A stretch of 64,000 bases of DNA from the human T2T-CHM13v2.0 reference genome, Homo sapiens. The translations under genes were made by a program, and so were the position numbers. Location of the stretch: NCBI RefSeq assembly GCF_009914755.1, contig NC_060936.1. The stretch is one strand, 5' to 3'. Positions 24,809 to 40,302 of the stretch are shown one piece after another (the first letter of the stretch is position 1; each line of letters begins with the position of its first letter). Below the pieces are notes generated by a model. The model saw only the letters and a program-made list of their open reading frames with translations, was not told the origin of the DNA and searched no databases.

Positions 24809-27800
24809 AAAAGATGCTCTGAACTTCCCTTTTTTTTTCTCTAAAATGGGTATAATTATAGTTTGGTCCTCATGAAGTTATAAAAAACATTAATTGAAAT
24901 AATAAAATGGACATTTAATACACAGTAATCACTCTAAATGTTTGCCATTGTTATTTTAAATTAGGCGTTCATCTCTTGGCCTAATTACACATATTGTTGG
25001 AGAATGTGTATACAATCTAGTGATTCACTCTGGCCTTTTTTAAGCACCACAGCAGATTTACCACTGACATACAGGTTTACACCACAGAAAATTTGCTTCA
25101 TTTGTAATTGCAGCCAATGTGTCTCCCTGATGGGCAGAAAGCCAACTGGATCCATATACTCCCTTGATCCAGAACTTTACATTTCACATTGTCTGGATGT
25201 GACTTACATCATAATTGCTCAAACTATATTTTGTTATGTGTGAAAAATAAATGTCTTCCTTATGTCCTCAGTAATAGAAAATCATTAAACATCTTGCAGC
25301 TGCTTAATCTTTTAGTCAAGATATTTAGTATGGAAAACTAGAGTAATGGAGGCTTTCTCCTTTCAACTCTTTACTCTTAGCCAGTATCATTCTTTTTTAA
25401 AAAATAAACATTTTCCTAAGGCATTGAGCATCTTTTCTGTAGGCTATAGTTGAGTCTTTCAAATCTGGAAAATAAGAATTTGAAGATGGATACAAACCTT
25501 GGCACTGATGATAGGTGATTTACAAGTCTGTCTTGCTCTCATGTGCAGAGCTTGGCTGTACAATGCAAATCTTGTCAAAAATCTGTTCAATGATTAGATT
25601 TATTAAGCACTCTGCAATGTCCTATCTGTTTTAGAGAACTCACTAAAGAATGTCACTGACCTCCTGGAGATTATAATCCTCTAAATCAAAAACAAAAACC
25701 ATCAGCTCATTTTCTTTTGCTACTTTCTCATTGTAGTGGAGATATCTGAGTTTCATGGGAAGCGTACCATAGGGTAAGAAGCAGAATGCAGAAAATAAGC
25801 CTTTTAGGTTAGAACGAAGAATTATTTGTCATCTGCCTTATGTAGAAATCCTACTTTCTAGCATAATTACATGGTTATGTCACAGTTGAGACAAAATAAG
25901 GAGATTGTTAGTTTTCCACAAAACAAGGTAATGTCTTTGATAGCAGTCACATTGAAGAGATCCGCATTCAGTTACAGCTAGTGGTCAAAAAACCTTTCTT
26001 AACAACTTTTGTTAGGTAAAAAAGTGCTTTCATGTTACCGAACACTAAAAATTGTTTTGTAAGATATAACAGACATTACTTGAGCTCTAATTGCTCCTTC
26101 TAGCCAGTGTGTGAACATAGCCTCATATAACTCCAACTCTACCCAAGCATAGTTGTATTTTATCCATGCAGAGTTCAAACAAAGGTGCTTAATTTTTTTA
26201 TGACATCAATTATCTATAGAGAATAGAGATTGCACAAACATTTCCCTTTAAAAATTTGATATATGGTTAAGATATACACAGTTTCATAGAATCAACAAAA
26301 CAATGTACCAAAATTCTATAGTAAGGCCACCAGTATATCAAAAAAAATTAATAACAGTTTCTTTTCCCTTAATGTATTTTATATTCAAGTAAAAACTCAG
26401 TGGATATAAGAAGGCAAGAACAAAAGTTGAATATGCATATTTGTTACAATGAGTGTTCTAAACACAGATGATAGAGCCAGGGCATCACAAGCCTTAAGTA
26501 ACTTCTTTCTTCTCTTTTTGTATCTATTATACTTTCATTTTACAAAATCAGTATCATGCTTATCTACAATTTTGAATTCTCTCTTTCATTCAAATTTTCG
26601 TTGTAACTTGGCCTTTCTCTCATGTTATTAAGTATCCTCTGAAAACACTTTAGTGGCTACTTGATATTTTATGAATGCATCATTGTTTATTTATCCACTC
26701 CCTATTTTTAGAAATTTTGTTGTTTCTATTTTGGGCTACTATAAAAACAGTGCAATGAACATCTTTGTACTTACATTTTTAACAACTTCATTGATGTATA
26801 ATTGACATACAATCAACTGCACATAAAATATCTAACTTGACAAGTTTTCACACATGTATACTGCCCACAAGGCTAACACTACAATCACAATAATGAACAT
26901 ATCTAACATCCCAAAAAGTTCTCTCATGTCCCTAACAGTCCCTCCTTGCTTTTCACCCTCATCTCTAGGAAATCATTAACTGCTTTTTACCACTATAGAT
27001 TAGTTTTAATTTTTTATAATTTTACATAATGGAATCATATAATATGTACTCTTTTGTCTAGTTTTTTCACTCAGCATAATTACTTTAAGATTCATGCATG
27101 TTGTTTTATGTATCAATAGTTACTCCTTTTTATTGCTGAACACTATTCCATTGCATGGATATACCAAAATGTGTTTATTCATTCACCTGTTGACAAGCAT
27201 TTGTGTTTTTCTGTTTTTTTGCTATTACAAATAAAGTTCCTATAAACATTCATCTGTAAGTCTTTGTATATACATGAGGTTTTTTTTTTTTGTATACAAT
27301 TGAGTTTACACTTTGTTCTTGTATCCTGCTTTTATTTCTCTGGGGAAGATAAGTACGAGTGGAATGGCTGGGTCATGTGAGAGTTGTATGACTTTTTAAG
27401 AAATGAATCAGCAGTATATGAGCATTCCAGTTGCTCAACATGCTAACCAGCACTTGTTATGATCAGTCTTTAAATTTAGGCATTCTAAATAGAGTGTGGT
27501 AATATCATATTGTGTTTTTAATTTGCATTTTACTAATGATTATAAGCAAACTGTCATGTCCTTATTTGCCATCTGTATTTATCTTTGGTGATGTGGCTGT
27601 CCAAATCTGTTTCCCTTTTTTAAAAAATTGAATGGGTTTGTATGATAGGGTTGTGGGAGTTCTTTATATATTCTCAATACAGGTTCTTAACAGGTAAGTG
27701 ATGAGCAAATATTCTCTCCCAATCTGTGCTTGAATTTTCAGTCTCTGAACAGTGCTTTCTAAATAGCAGATATTCTTAATTTTGGTGAAGTCCAACATAC

Positions 27801-29964
27801 CAAGTTTTGTTGTGTGGAGGGTATTTTTGGTGTCAAACCTGAGAAATCTTTGCCTAACTCAAGTTCATAAAGGATTTCTCCCATGTTTTCTTTTAGAAAT
27901 TTTTTAGCCCTTTGTTTTACATTTTGGTCAATGATTCATTTTGTGTTAATTTTCTTACACTGCCCAAGGTATGGAGAGTCATTTTTTGTTTGTGTATTGA
28001 TTGCAAATTGTTCCATTACCATTTGTTGAAAAAACTGCCCTTTCTCTAGTAAATTCCCTTTGTACCCCTGCAAAAATCAATTGACCATATATGTGTGGAG
28101 ATCCAGACTTTCTGGTCTTGCTATTCTGTTCTATTGATTTATTTGCCTATCTGATGGCAATACCGTACTATTTTGACTACTGTTGCTTTTTAATACGTCT
28201 TAATATCAGGTGGTATTAGCCCTCCACTTTTGTTCTTTTGCATTTCTTGACTACTTTAGGTCTTTTGAATTTTCGTATGAAGTTTATGATTAGCTTGTCG
28301 ATTTTGACAAGAGGTCTGCTGGGTACATGATTGAGATTGTGTTCAATCTATACATCAATTTGAGGATAATAGACATCTTAATAGTACTGAATCTTCTGAA
28401 CCATAAACGTGGTATATCTTTACACTTATTTAGATCTTTAACTTTTCTAAGCAGTGTTTTGTAGTTTTCAGTGTACAAGCCTTGGACAGCTTTTGTCAGA
28501 TTCGTTCCTAAGTATTTTGTATTTTGATGCTATTATAAAGGGAATTATGTTTTTAATTTTAATTTCTGATTGTTCACTGCCAGTGCATAGAAATACAATT
28601 GAGTTTACATTTTGTTCTTGTATCCCACAATTTTGCTTAACTCATTTACTAGTTCAAATCGTTTTTTAAAATGTTTCATAGGATTTTCTACATATAAAGA
28701 TATCTAGAAATAAACTCAATTTTATTTCTTCCTTTCCAATCATTTCAAAAATTTCTTTCAAAAATCACATTTTTTTCTTATTGCATTGCTTGATACTCTA
28801 GTATAATGTTCAATAGAAGTGGTAAGAGTGAACTGTCTTGCCTTGTCAATCTTACAAAGAAAACATTCAGTCTGCCTTTCGTCATTAGGTATGATGATAA
28901 CTGTAAGGCTTTTCTGTAAAGAAAAAAAAATTTTTTTCAGGTTGAGGACTTTCCCGTCTATTCCTAGCTTAATGTGAGTTTTTATAAGGAATGCATGTAG
29001 GATTTTGCCAAATGCTTTCTTTGTATCTATTGAGATGATCACATGTTTTTCATTTTAGTCTGTTAATATGAATTATATTGATGGTTTTCTATTGTTAAAA
29101 CTACCTTGTATTCCTGGAGTAAACCCACTTGTTATGAACTATTATCCTATTTATGTAATGTCACATGCAATTTGCTAAACTTTTGTTAAGCACTTCTGCA
29201 TTAAGTTTCATGAGGGATATTGGTGTGTACATTTCTTTTCTTACAACATCTTTGGTTTTGGTATCAACATAACGCTGGCCTGCTATGAGTTGGGAAGTAT
29301 TTATTCCCCAGTAATTCCTCTGCAAACTTTTGTAAAATTAGTATTATTTCTTCCTTAAATATTTGGTCAGATTTACCAAAGAAGCCATCTGAGCCTGGAA
29401 TTTTCTTTGTGGAAAAGTTTTAATTTCAATTTCAAATTATTTAATTGATATAGAATTATTTAGGTTGTTTATTTCTTCTTAAATTAGCTTTCATAGTCTG
29501 TGTCTTTCAAGGAATTCATCTATGTCATCTAAGTTGTCAAATTTATTTGCATAAAATTCTTCATAATATTCCCTAATTATTCTTTTTACACTCTGTTGAG
29601 TCCATAGTGCTGTTAGCTTTTCCATTCCTGATGTTGGTCACTTGTTTCTTCTCTCACTCTTCTTTTTCGTTGTTTTGGCTAGAGGTTTATTCAATGTAGT
29701 TGATTTTTCTCAAAGAATCTGTTTTTTGTTTCATTTATTTTCTCTGTTGTTTTTCAGTTTTCTGTTTCACGCATACTCACTCTGATCTTTATTATTTCAT
29801 TTCTTCTGCTGATTTGGGGTTATATTTGCTCTTTATTTTCTAATACTTGAGGTGGAAGCTAAAGTCATTGACTTCAGATCCTTCTTCTTTTTGAATGTAG
29901 TCATTTTAGCACTATAAACTGTCCTTTATGAACTGCATCAGCTGCATCCCATAAATTTTGATAC

Positions 29965-30037
29965 ACATTTACATTCAGACTGAAATATTTTATAATATTT
30001 TGTTTACATTTACATACAGATTGAAATCTTTTATAAT
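29965..30037. repeat. Imperfect tandem duplication, period about 41 bp
   Basis: acatttacattcagactgaaatattttataat / acatttacatacagattgaaatcttttataat. Confidence 0.75.
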
Positions 30038-30137
30038 TTCCGTTTGATTTCTTCTATTACCCAGGGGATGTTTAGAGTGTGTTATTTAGTTTCCAAATAC
30101 TTGAGAACTTTCTAGCTATCTTTCTGTTTTTTATTTC

Positions 30138-30430
<293 letters not shown>

Positions 30431-31956
30431 TCTGCTTTTTATTTCTAATTTAATTCGATTTTGGTAAAATAGTATACTTTATAAAACTTAAATTCTTTAA
30501 CATTTATTTAGATATGTTTTATGGCTTAGAATGTTGCCTATCATGGTAAATGTTCCATGTGTATCTGAAAGGAATGGGAATTCTGCTGTTGTTGGATGGA
30601 GTGTTCCATAAGTTCCAGTCAGGTCAAATTGATTGATAGTGTTGTTCAAGTCTTCGATATACTCACTGATTTCCTGTCTATATGTTTCAACTGTTGAGAG
30701 TGCACATTCATTTTTGCATTATGATACCGCTTTATGCTTCATTACAGTTTTGTAGGAGAACAGTGCTGTCATGTCTTCTGATAGATCTTGGAATCATTGA
30801 TGCATGGTTGCATCCTTCATTAATAAAGCAACACAAAAACAATACTTAGAAAAGTTATTCTGTAAATTTAGATCTGTAAATAAAAAAACGAAATTGTTGG
30901 CTGATTATGCCAATTTGAGTCAGGTCAAATTTATGAAATAATATAGTGGTATGAGCACTGTGGTTCAAGGGCTGATTATGGCAATTTGGTGATTTCAACT
31001 TAACTTTTTTTTTCAGTTGTAGAAATGATTCCTCAAATAAAATTTTACTAGGAACTTAAATACATACAACAGATAAAAGTGTCTTATCTATTTAAAAGTG
31101 TTTGAGGAACAAAAAATGGAGAAGGCACCTTCTTTATCTAGACTCCAACTCTTCAGCCTCACTCTGGGCCGCCTTACTCTTCCCTTAGAGGTAACCCATG
31201 AGGTACCTCAGCTGAAGTGTTAAGGTGTCATGGAGAGCGCTGAAAACCAGAGATCTACCCAAATATTCTGCTAAGCAAGAAAAGAAAGATCCCATTGCAA
31301 ATATTTACTGAAGTAAAATGGTAAACAGATTTCAACTCTTGTATCAATAATATAGATTGGCAAGCTGTCTAGAGAACAGTTTGAAAAAAATGTCTGAAGT
31401 TGATTTCTGTCTCAGCAGTAAAATAAAAGAACATGTTTAATTATTGATGTCTGCAAAGGATGCAGGTGTGGTAACTGGAAGAGGAACTGTCATGCATTTG
31501 AGATTCCTAGTCTTGAGATACAGACAAATCTGATGTTCAAAGCTGGCTTTACATGATATCTTCTGAGTTGAATTATATGTTTGGAAAATTAGACAAACCA
31601 TGCAATGGGGTTAGTGAGGCTTTTCTGCACAGAAAACAACAGGGAATGCTTAGCAAGGTAGAGGTTTTTATAAGGACACTTGGGAAAGTGCGGAAGTGCA
31701 GAAAGCCATCTCTGAATTTCCTTCAAATAGTCCTGGGTGGTCTGGCAAAGAAACTGGGAAGCTGGCATCCACAGCTCCTTTCTCCATCTCTGCTATCATT
31801 AAAACTCAGCTGCTCTCTTCTTTCCTTTCATTGTTCCTGCCTTAACAAACTAATTCAAATTCTCTTTGCCTACCAGCCTTCTGCTTTCTGCCTTCCTTTG
31901 GTACTCTATTTCCCTGCCATATTCCTATCTGTACATCTCAAGTTAAAATTCCCTTA

Positions 31957-32280
<324 letters not shown>

Positions 32281-33161
32281 TAAAAATATTCCCCACAGAG
32301 AGTAATAGGTCAACCCTTCAGAATGGCATGCCCCTCTTATCCTAGTCCTAGCCAATTAAAAAAAAAATTTTTTTAAAGAAAAAAAAGAGTGGCATGCCCC
32401 CTTGGGTGGGATTCTCATGCCAGGTTATATAAATACCACTGGGCAGTCTAAAGAGAGCTCCTGAAATCAGATGCCCATTCCTAGTCCAATCACCTGTGAC
32501 TATAGTGGCGGAATCACAAGGTACAAAGGATGGAGAGGAGACCATGCGTCTGGCAGGAACTCCGAGGGACCCCAGTGGGGAGTGGTGTGCCTAGTAGGCA
32601 TCTGTCCATTACAACCATCAATAGTGTAGTGTACACACTGATTGGACTTGCATGGCTTCAAATGAAGAAAAATTTTCTTATAATGAGCAAAAGCAGTGGT
32701 TTTCAAAGTGTGCTTGGCAAAATGTCTTGAGTTCTGCCCAAAGAAGAGACTTAGTAGGTAAGACTCTGACTTCCTTGTTCCCTTTTCATCTAGAGCACTT
32801 TCATATTATTCAGTTTCATATATGGGTTTTTTAAAAATAAAATTTCACTTGAAGTTAACATGCTACTGTTCAAAAGTAGTTTGAGAGCCATTGAGTTGTA
32901 GGAACACAAAAAACTTTTGTTTGGCTAATTTTTTTAAGTGGTAAGGCTTTATTTTAAAAGGTTAGTAGTTAATACACACAATAAAATAAAAAGTCACTTA
33001 ATATATTTTACACAATTTTTTGTAAAACAAAAAAAGGGTAGGGTAGATAGGAAAATTGAAATTGGTTATTTCACAACATTATATTCTTAATCACAATTGT
33101 TTTTGTGTCTTGGATGTTATTAATGAAAATTGTTTAATTGTGATTTTCACTATATGTTTGA

Positions 33162-33475
<314 letters not shown>

Positions 33476-34440
33476 TTTCATGTCTTTATCAGAACAATTA
33501 ACTTTAGCATTAAAGAAAAAAAAGAAAAGAAGTGTGTGGTCAGTAGGATGAACATTTTTATAGCAATGATCAGATTATACATTCTTAAGGGTTAAGATAC
33601 ATGTTATTAGTGCTGTTATGTTTTGTTTTGTTTACAGATACAGATTATTATTCTCACATCAGAGTAAAAGTTATATTAATCAGCTATTTACAATTAACGA
33701 AGATGATTGAGATGTGTCAAGCAATTACATACATTACTTAAATGTTAAGTCAGTGCATACTTGTATTTTAATATAATAATCATATTCAGTATGTTCAGTC
33801 ATCCGCCAAAAACAGTTTTTAAAAACTGAAGATATCTCGATCATATTTATGAATTTGAGTTACTTTTGTAATTGAGAAAACATATCCTTATTCTATCACT
33901 TGAGGCATTCCAATATCTATCACTTACTTAAAAGGTGATTCATCCAATAAAAATGTCAAGCCATTGTCACTTGCTGGCATAGAAAATAAAACTATCTGAA
34001 ACTCCTAGGCATTCCACTCCTTAGGCTAAGGAAAGATACTTCACCCGCCCACTCCAATCCTTGACCTCAGAATGCCCCCAAAACGCCCTCCTTAATCAAT
34101 ACAAGAACCTTTGCCTCCTCTCAGAAACTCAGTGTATCTATGGCTTAAGCAGAAAATTATTCAATTCGTTCTATTTTCATAGAAAACTTGTTAGGGTAAA
34201 TGTGTAAAAAGTTGCAGCTCCTCATCTGGCAGAGCATCCAGGTGTGTACACCATTGTCCTTCATCAGTAGTGGCTGGAATTGTTCCAGATAATTCTCACT
34301 GTTGACACCACAGAGCACAAAATGGAAAGGGGAGAAAGGTTGGAAGGAGCAACATGGGTAGGAAAGGGTTTTCTCCATGGATCATTTCCAGTTTTATCCT
34401 GCATCTTGATTGTGCTGACACTATTGTCATGTTTTACTTC

Positions 34441-34733
<293 letters not shown>

Positions 34734-36518
34734 TGTCATGTTTTACTTCTATTTAGTTATACTTACATAAAAAATAGGGAAGTTGAAGTGAAAGGCAGAT
34801 GTCCTGGCCAGTAATGAACTTTGCGTGGAAAGTCATTAGCATCGAGTGGAAACATTGTGATTTTCCCAGTGCTTTTTGTTTTTTAAAAAAACACTAACTG
34901 GCTGCCAGTAGTCATGTTAATACATAGTAAATTACCTGTCCCTTTTTGTGAACTCTCTCATTTGCATGTGAGCTTCTTCTAAACAAGTCAGTTGAGATAG
35001 AGCTTTGATTTACTGAAGTGGGTGTACATAAACACAGTTATGGGGAAAAGTAATAGCACCACAAAACCATTATATTGATTAATTTTTATTTCCATGTGTA
35101 CTTAAGCTTGGCAATCTGGAGCTTTGATCTAGTATATCCAAATTAAAAGTAAGGTTCTAATAAAATTTTTTCCTCTGCAACAAATACCCCTGTGTAAATG
35201 GCCCAATACTATGGGGGAATTAAACGGCTTGCACTTGGGTTTATAATTGAAAGTTTGAATGCAGTCTTTACATTATCAGGAAAGCAATCCATCTCACCCA
35301 GGATGGTTTATTTGAAGTCATCAGGCTGAGGAATGGGCTCCATCTGACAGTGAAGTCAGTTTAGCCATTGTACTATGTGTAAGTCAATTTCCAGACAACC
35401 CTAACTAAACACAACCCTACCCAAATGCCCCAGAACCTGTGTTGTCAGTTAGAAGGAAAACTGGAGGGATACTATATATGTGACTCAGCCCAAGTGCAGC
35501 ACTGGTACTGCAGTAAAACCTAAGCCATGAGCTTCTGAGGCAGGAGAGTAATGTCCCCTAAATATCAGCATTGCTGTGAAAGGAGAACCAAAATCTAACT
35601 GGTACAAATATCTAGCCAATGTCTGTGGAATTTTTGAAAGTTAAGAGTCTTTTTGTTAAAGATTATCATTCAAAATACAGTACATTCAAGGGGGGAAATG
35701 GTGATAATGGTGATCTCATAACACTGATACATAGTTCAATATACTATTCTACTTTAATATGCTTAACATTTTTCATATGTAAAGCTTCAAAATACAATAT
35801 ATAAGATAATTTTCCCCTGTTTCTTACAAAGGGGACTGTATTTTCTTTACATGTAGTTCCATAAAATGATGCAAAGTTAATTTAAATCATGAAAACAAAC
35901 ATTATTTCCTGACCCTTTATTTTCATATATTTGTAAATTTGTGCAAAACAATTTGGAATTCAACCCTTGATAAGCTAAATTAAAAGAGACAACATGATGT
36001 CTGCAAACACATTTTCCAAGTATTTCAAGGTCCATGATTTCTGTGGTAGGGATTGTACTCAGAGACTAAAGATAATTCTGTCCCTATCCTAGAAGGATTT
36101 GATGTGATGGATCCTCTGATGTGGCATCCCTTGTCCAGGGCCCTGAAAAAACAGAAATAAAATCGATACATGTTTGGACCAAAAGTAGGCATGTAATGTT
36201 CAGGTCAGCAATAATGATTTCGGTTTAATTATAGGAGTGGAGCAAGGTAGGGATGGGGGGTACATCATGCCCGTGAGACTTGAAAGAATGACTGTGTGAG
36301 ATGTGGGTTCAAGCCTGATAATCTCATACTCACTGAAACCTGCTCAGAGTTTGCACTAATAAAATCCTGGTGTGCATTAAATAAGCCACAGCTCAAACTG
36401 TGTTTAATATCACAGTATGAGCAAAAATTATACCCAGATATATTACTTGTCAGGGCAAGGGAAAGAAGGGAATCCTAGTGATGACTTTTAAAATACTATT
36501 TCCAGCAACCAAGGTCCT

Positions 36519-36867
36519 TGTTATGGACTGAATGTTTCTGTCCCCTAAAAAGTTTATATATTGAAATCCTAACCCCTGATACAATGGTATTATGAAGTGG
36601 AACCTTCAGGAGGTGATTTAGGCTCTAGCCTCATGAATGGGATTAGTGCCCTTATAAAGGAGACTCCAGGGAGCTCTCTCCCTCTCTTTCTGCCATGTGA
36701 GGATACGAGAAGATGGCAGGTTGCAACCTAGAAGAAAACCCTCACTAGAACCCAACAATGCTGGCATCTGATTTTGGGCTTCCGGAACTGTGATAAATGA
36801 ATTTCTGTTGTTTATAAGCCACCCAGTCTATGGCACTTTGTTAAAGTGGCCCAAATGAACTAAGATA
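36519..36867 (+). mobile_element. MLT1A-type MaLR solo LTR
   Basis: tgttatggactgaatg...gggattagtgcccttataa...taagccacccagtctatgg...ctaagata; 5-bp TSD gtcct / gtccc. Confidence 0.88.
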
Positions 36868-37354
36868 GTCCCTGACTGTATTATGATGTGAATAATCAAT
36901 CCAGATGTAACAGCATCTTCAGATGCCCGAGGGTACATTCCATGACATCATGGGCATTTTGTGTCACACTCAGAGAATGAAAAGGAGATTTGGAAAGTGC
37001 AAGGCCTTTACGAAATTAGTACAGGAGATTTCAAAATTTACTTTGTAGATATAGTTGTGTGTTTGTTTTCCCTTATCAACATGAAACTTTTTCCTTTCTT
37101 CTTTTCTTCCTTTTGTCCTTCCTTCCTTTCTTCCTTCAATTATTTTTCTTCAATTCAGTGAAATACAGAGAAGATATCCCTTATTAATATTTAAAACAAA
37201 CAAACACAAAATACATGTATCTGGCTAGAAAATATTAACTTTAAACAGGGCAAGAACATACAAAACAGAAATTCAAGCTACCTCTCCCCACCTGCATTGA
37301 CCCCTTCCATCTAATCTTTCACCTCAAAGAAAATTGCTATTTAACAAAGTCTTA

Positions 37355-37638
<284 letters not shown>

Positions 37639-38055
37639 GATATATACATGCATATACATGTTTTCACATATATTTTCAATCTATTTTTCTTCTTTCCTAA
37701 TCCACAGAACAGAGCTCACACTATATATACCCCTTCACTCATTTTTTAACTTATTACCAAATATTGAGAATCATTTCATATACATACATTACAGTATCTT
37801 TTAGGAACCAGTATTTGCACCGATGGATTTAACTTTATTTCACCAATCTCTACTGATAGGAATTGGTCATTTAGTTTGTTGCCATTACAAATAATGCTTT
37901 AATTAATGAGTTTGGTGTCCATGTCCATAGATCTAGGTGAACTTCCATCACTATATTCCTATAGTAAATTTCATACAATGGGCTTGCTCCTTCAAAGGAT
38001 ATATGCAATTAAGATTTTTATTCAAAGTACCAGCTAATATGTTAAAGAAAGTTAA

Positions 38056-38716
38056 TTTTTTTATTTTTATTTTTATTTTTATTTTTTTGCACCACGAACA
38101 CATGCACTTTATTGAATGACATTGTAGAAAAGTGTGTGAGGATAAAGGGCTGATACAGGACTCAGCTTTGGGGGCAGGGCAAGGAATGGAAGGCGGAGTG
38201 CATGGGAGACAGGTTGTGGGCAGAGCTCCTGGCCCGGATGCTGTCTCCTGTTCTATCGAGAGACTTGGAAGATCAGCACTGAGATGATGATGAGCAGAAT
38301 GGTCAGGAGGATGCCCAGAGCCAGGGCCCAGATGTTCAGGCACTTGGTAGTGGAGACACAGGCCTGGGCCCCAGTCAGGTCGCCAACCATCTTCCTGTCC
38401 ATAGACTTCCTGTCCTAGACTTCACAGAGTAGATGAATGCTATGAAGTCCGGGCAGCAGGAATTCTTGAAGAGGGTGTTGAATAGGGACCAGACGACATG
38501 GTCGGGCACGGAGGTCTCACTGCAGATGTGGATCATGGTGAACGCTGGAGGCACAGGGTTGTGGGGTGCCCCCAGCACAGCCACCTCATGCTTCTCCTTG
38601 AGCATCTCATGGTTGGTGGAGCGGCCGGTGTTGGCAGGAGTGAAGAGGGTTTGGACAGTGTGGTTCATGGTCTCCAGGGAGAACCAGCTGTGGTTGGGTT
38701 GCTGGGATGGTTCTCC
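38056..38716 (-). pseudogene. IFITM3-type processed pseudogene (retrocopy), frameshifted
   Basis: ORF 38668-38375 ([15 protein letters not shown]...[11 protein letters not shown]...[13 protein letters not shown]...AFIYSVKSR) matches the IFITM3 N-terminus and CD225 domain. The C-terminus [45 protein letters not shown] continues in another frame to a stop at 38255-38253. There is no intron at the SVK/SRD junction. It has an IFITM-like 5'UTR and 3'UTR, AATAAA at 38113-38108 and an (AAAAAT)n tail at 38056-38088. Possibly IFITM3P5, but this cannot be verified here. Confidence 0.96.
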
Positions 38717-39423
38717 AAAAAAAAAAAAAAGATTTTTATAGATAAGAACAAGTTACTCTCCAGGAGAGCATTCAAAGTTACACTTCCACCAAAAGGGTAC
38801 AGTAGCCTTTTTTCCTCCATACTTTCACCAGTACTCACCATTCAATTTCTTTCTTTTTTTTTTTTTTTTTTGGCCAATTTGATAGATATATCATGTTTTG
38901 GTATTCATTTCCTTTATTATAATCATCTTTCACATACTTCTTGCCCATTTGTACTTTTGCTCTGTAAGATGCATGATCTTATCTTTTGCCCATTTTTCTA
39001 TTGATTTGCTCACCTTTCAATTCATTTGAATGAGCGCTTTGTAAATCAAGAAAATTAGCCTGTCCACCTGTCAAAAGTTTCTAATGATTGAAATAAATTA
39101 TTTTCTTCCCTTTATCTTAACAGATAGACTTCTTAAGCCCTCTTATGCAAAGAATTTCAGGCTGATTTCACTTTAAAATGAGATATAGGTGATAACAAAA
39201 GCCAAATTGTCACCTACTTTAAAGGATAAGTGAATAATAAGAAGGCAGCATGATGTACCCAAGGGAAATTTGAGTGATCTTAGCTGGGAAAGAAACCAAA
39301 TATTCATGCCTTTATGCACTGCACAAAACTTGCACACCAGAACTTTAAAAGATGACTCTTTGAAAGTAGTTCTTCAGTGTCTTTCATACTCCTTAATCTT
39401 CCCAATTTTAAGTAACACTGTTG

Positions 39424-39588
39424 ACAAACTTTAATTTCCATTTTAATAATCTTAGCATCATTATAAGATAGTATTAGGCAAATATTTAAGTATAAACGAT
39501 ATCTACAAACTTTAATTTCCATTTTAATAATCTTAGCATCATTATGAGATAGTATTAGGCAAATTTTTAAGTATAAACGATATCTACA
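39424..39588. repeat. 81-bp tandem duplication
   Basis: Units start at 39424 and 39505 and differ at 2 positions; ACA microhomology at the ends. Confidence 0.95.
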
Positions 39589-40302
39589 TATACTAGAAGA
39601 CAAGTCATAGTTCAAGAGAAGCATGATATAAAAAGGCCATTATGATGAGAGTCAGTGGACTTGGATTCTAGATGTGCCACCGTCACTCCTTTGCCACGTA
39701 ACCTTGGGTAACTCCCTCAGTTTCTGTGGTTCTGTTTTCTCATCTATAAAATGAAAATAATAATAACTTTTCTTCCTAGCCAATACCTTGTTTTGCTAAT
39801 TAAAAGAACTCATGAAGTATTTTGCAAACTATGCAACACTCTCGATTACTGTAATTGTTGGGAAGTAACATATCTGTAGACTACTTTCAGCAATGTCTTA
39901 TTGCCATTCTCCAGGTTGTGAAAGGTTCTGGTACTGATTACAAAATCTATTTTGAAAATTTCCCATGATATGAATATAAACAAAGTCTTAATTTCATTTT
40001 TTATTTCCTTCACATTTAAACAATTAATGGCATATTTTGATTAAACATGCTAGCTTCTTATTTGATCATGTCCAAAATATGTCTTCAAATATAGATGTGA
40101 TTAGAGTGGAATCATCAACAAATCCAAGGCAATCCTTTGCAAAAATAATTTATCTGTTATTGGAGACAAAATATTTAAGCTATATAATGTAAGACCTAAA
40201 AGAATGCTATTAGATTCTTGTATACGTTTTTCTAAGATGTTTCTATCCTAATTTCTAAACATTTAGGGAAAGCTATTCTGTCTTTCAAAAAAGGAATCAT
40301 TT

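Noticed and set aside
37951-39004. 130-aa and 168-aa ORFs overlapping the IFITM copy
   Set aside because: Alternative-frame or antisense reads of the pseudogene running into low-complexity flanks.
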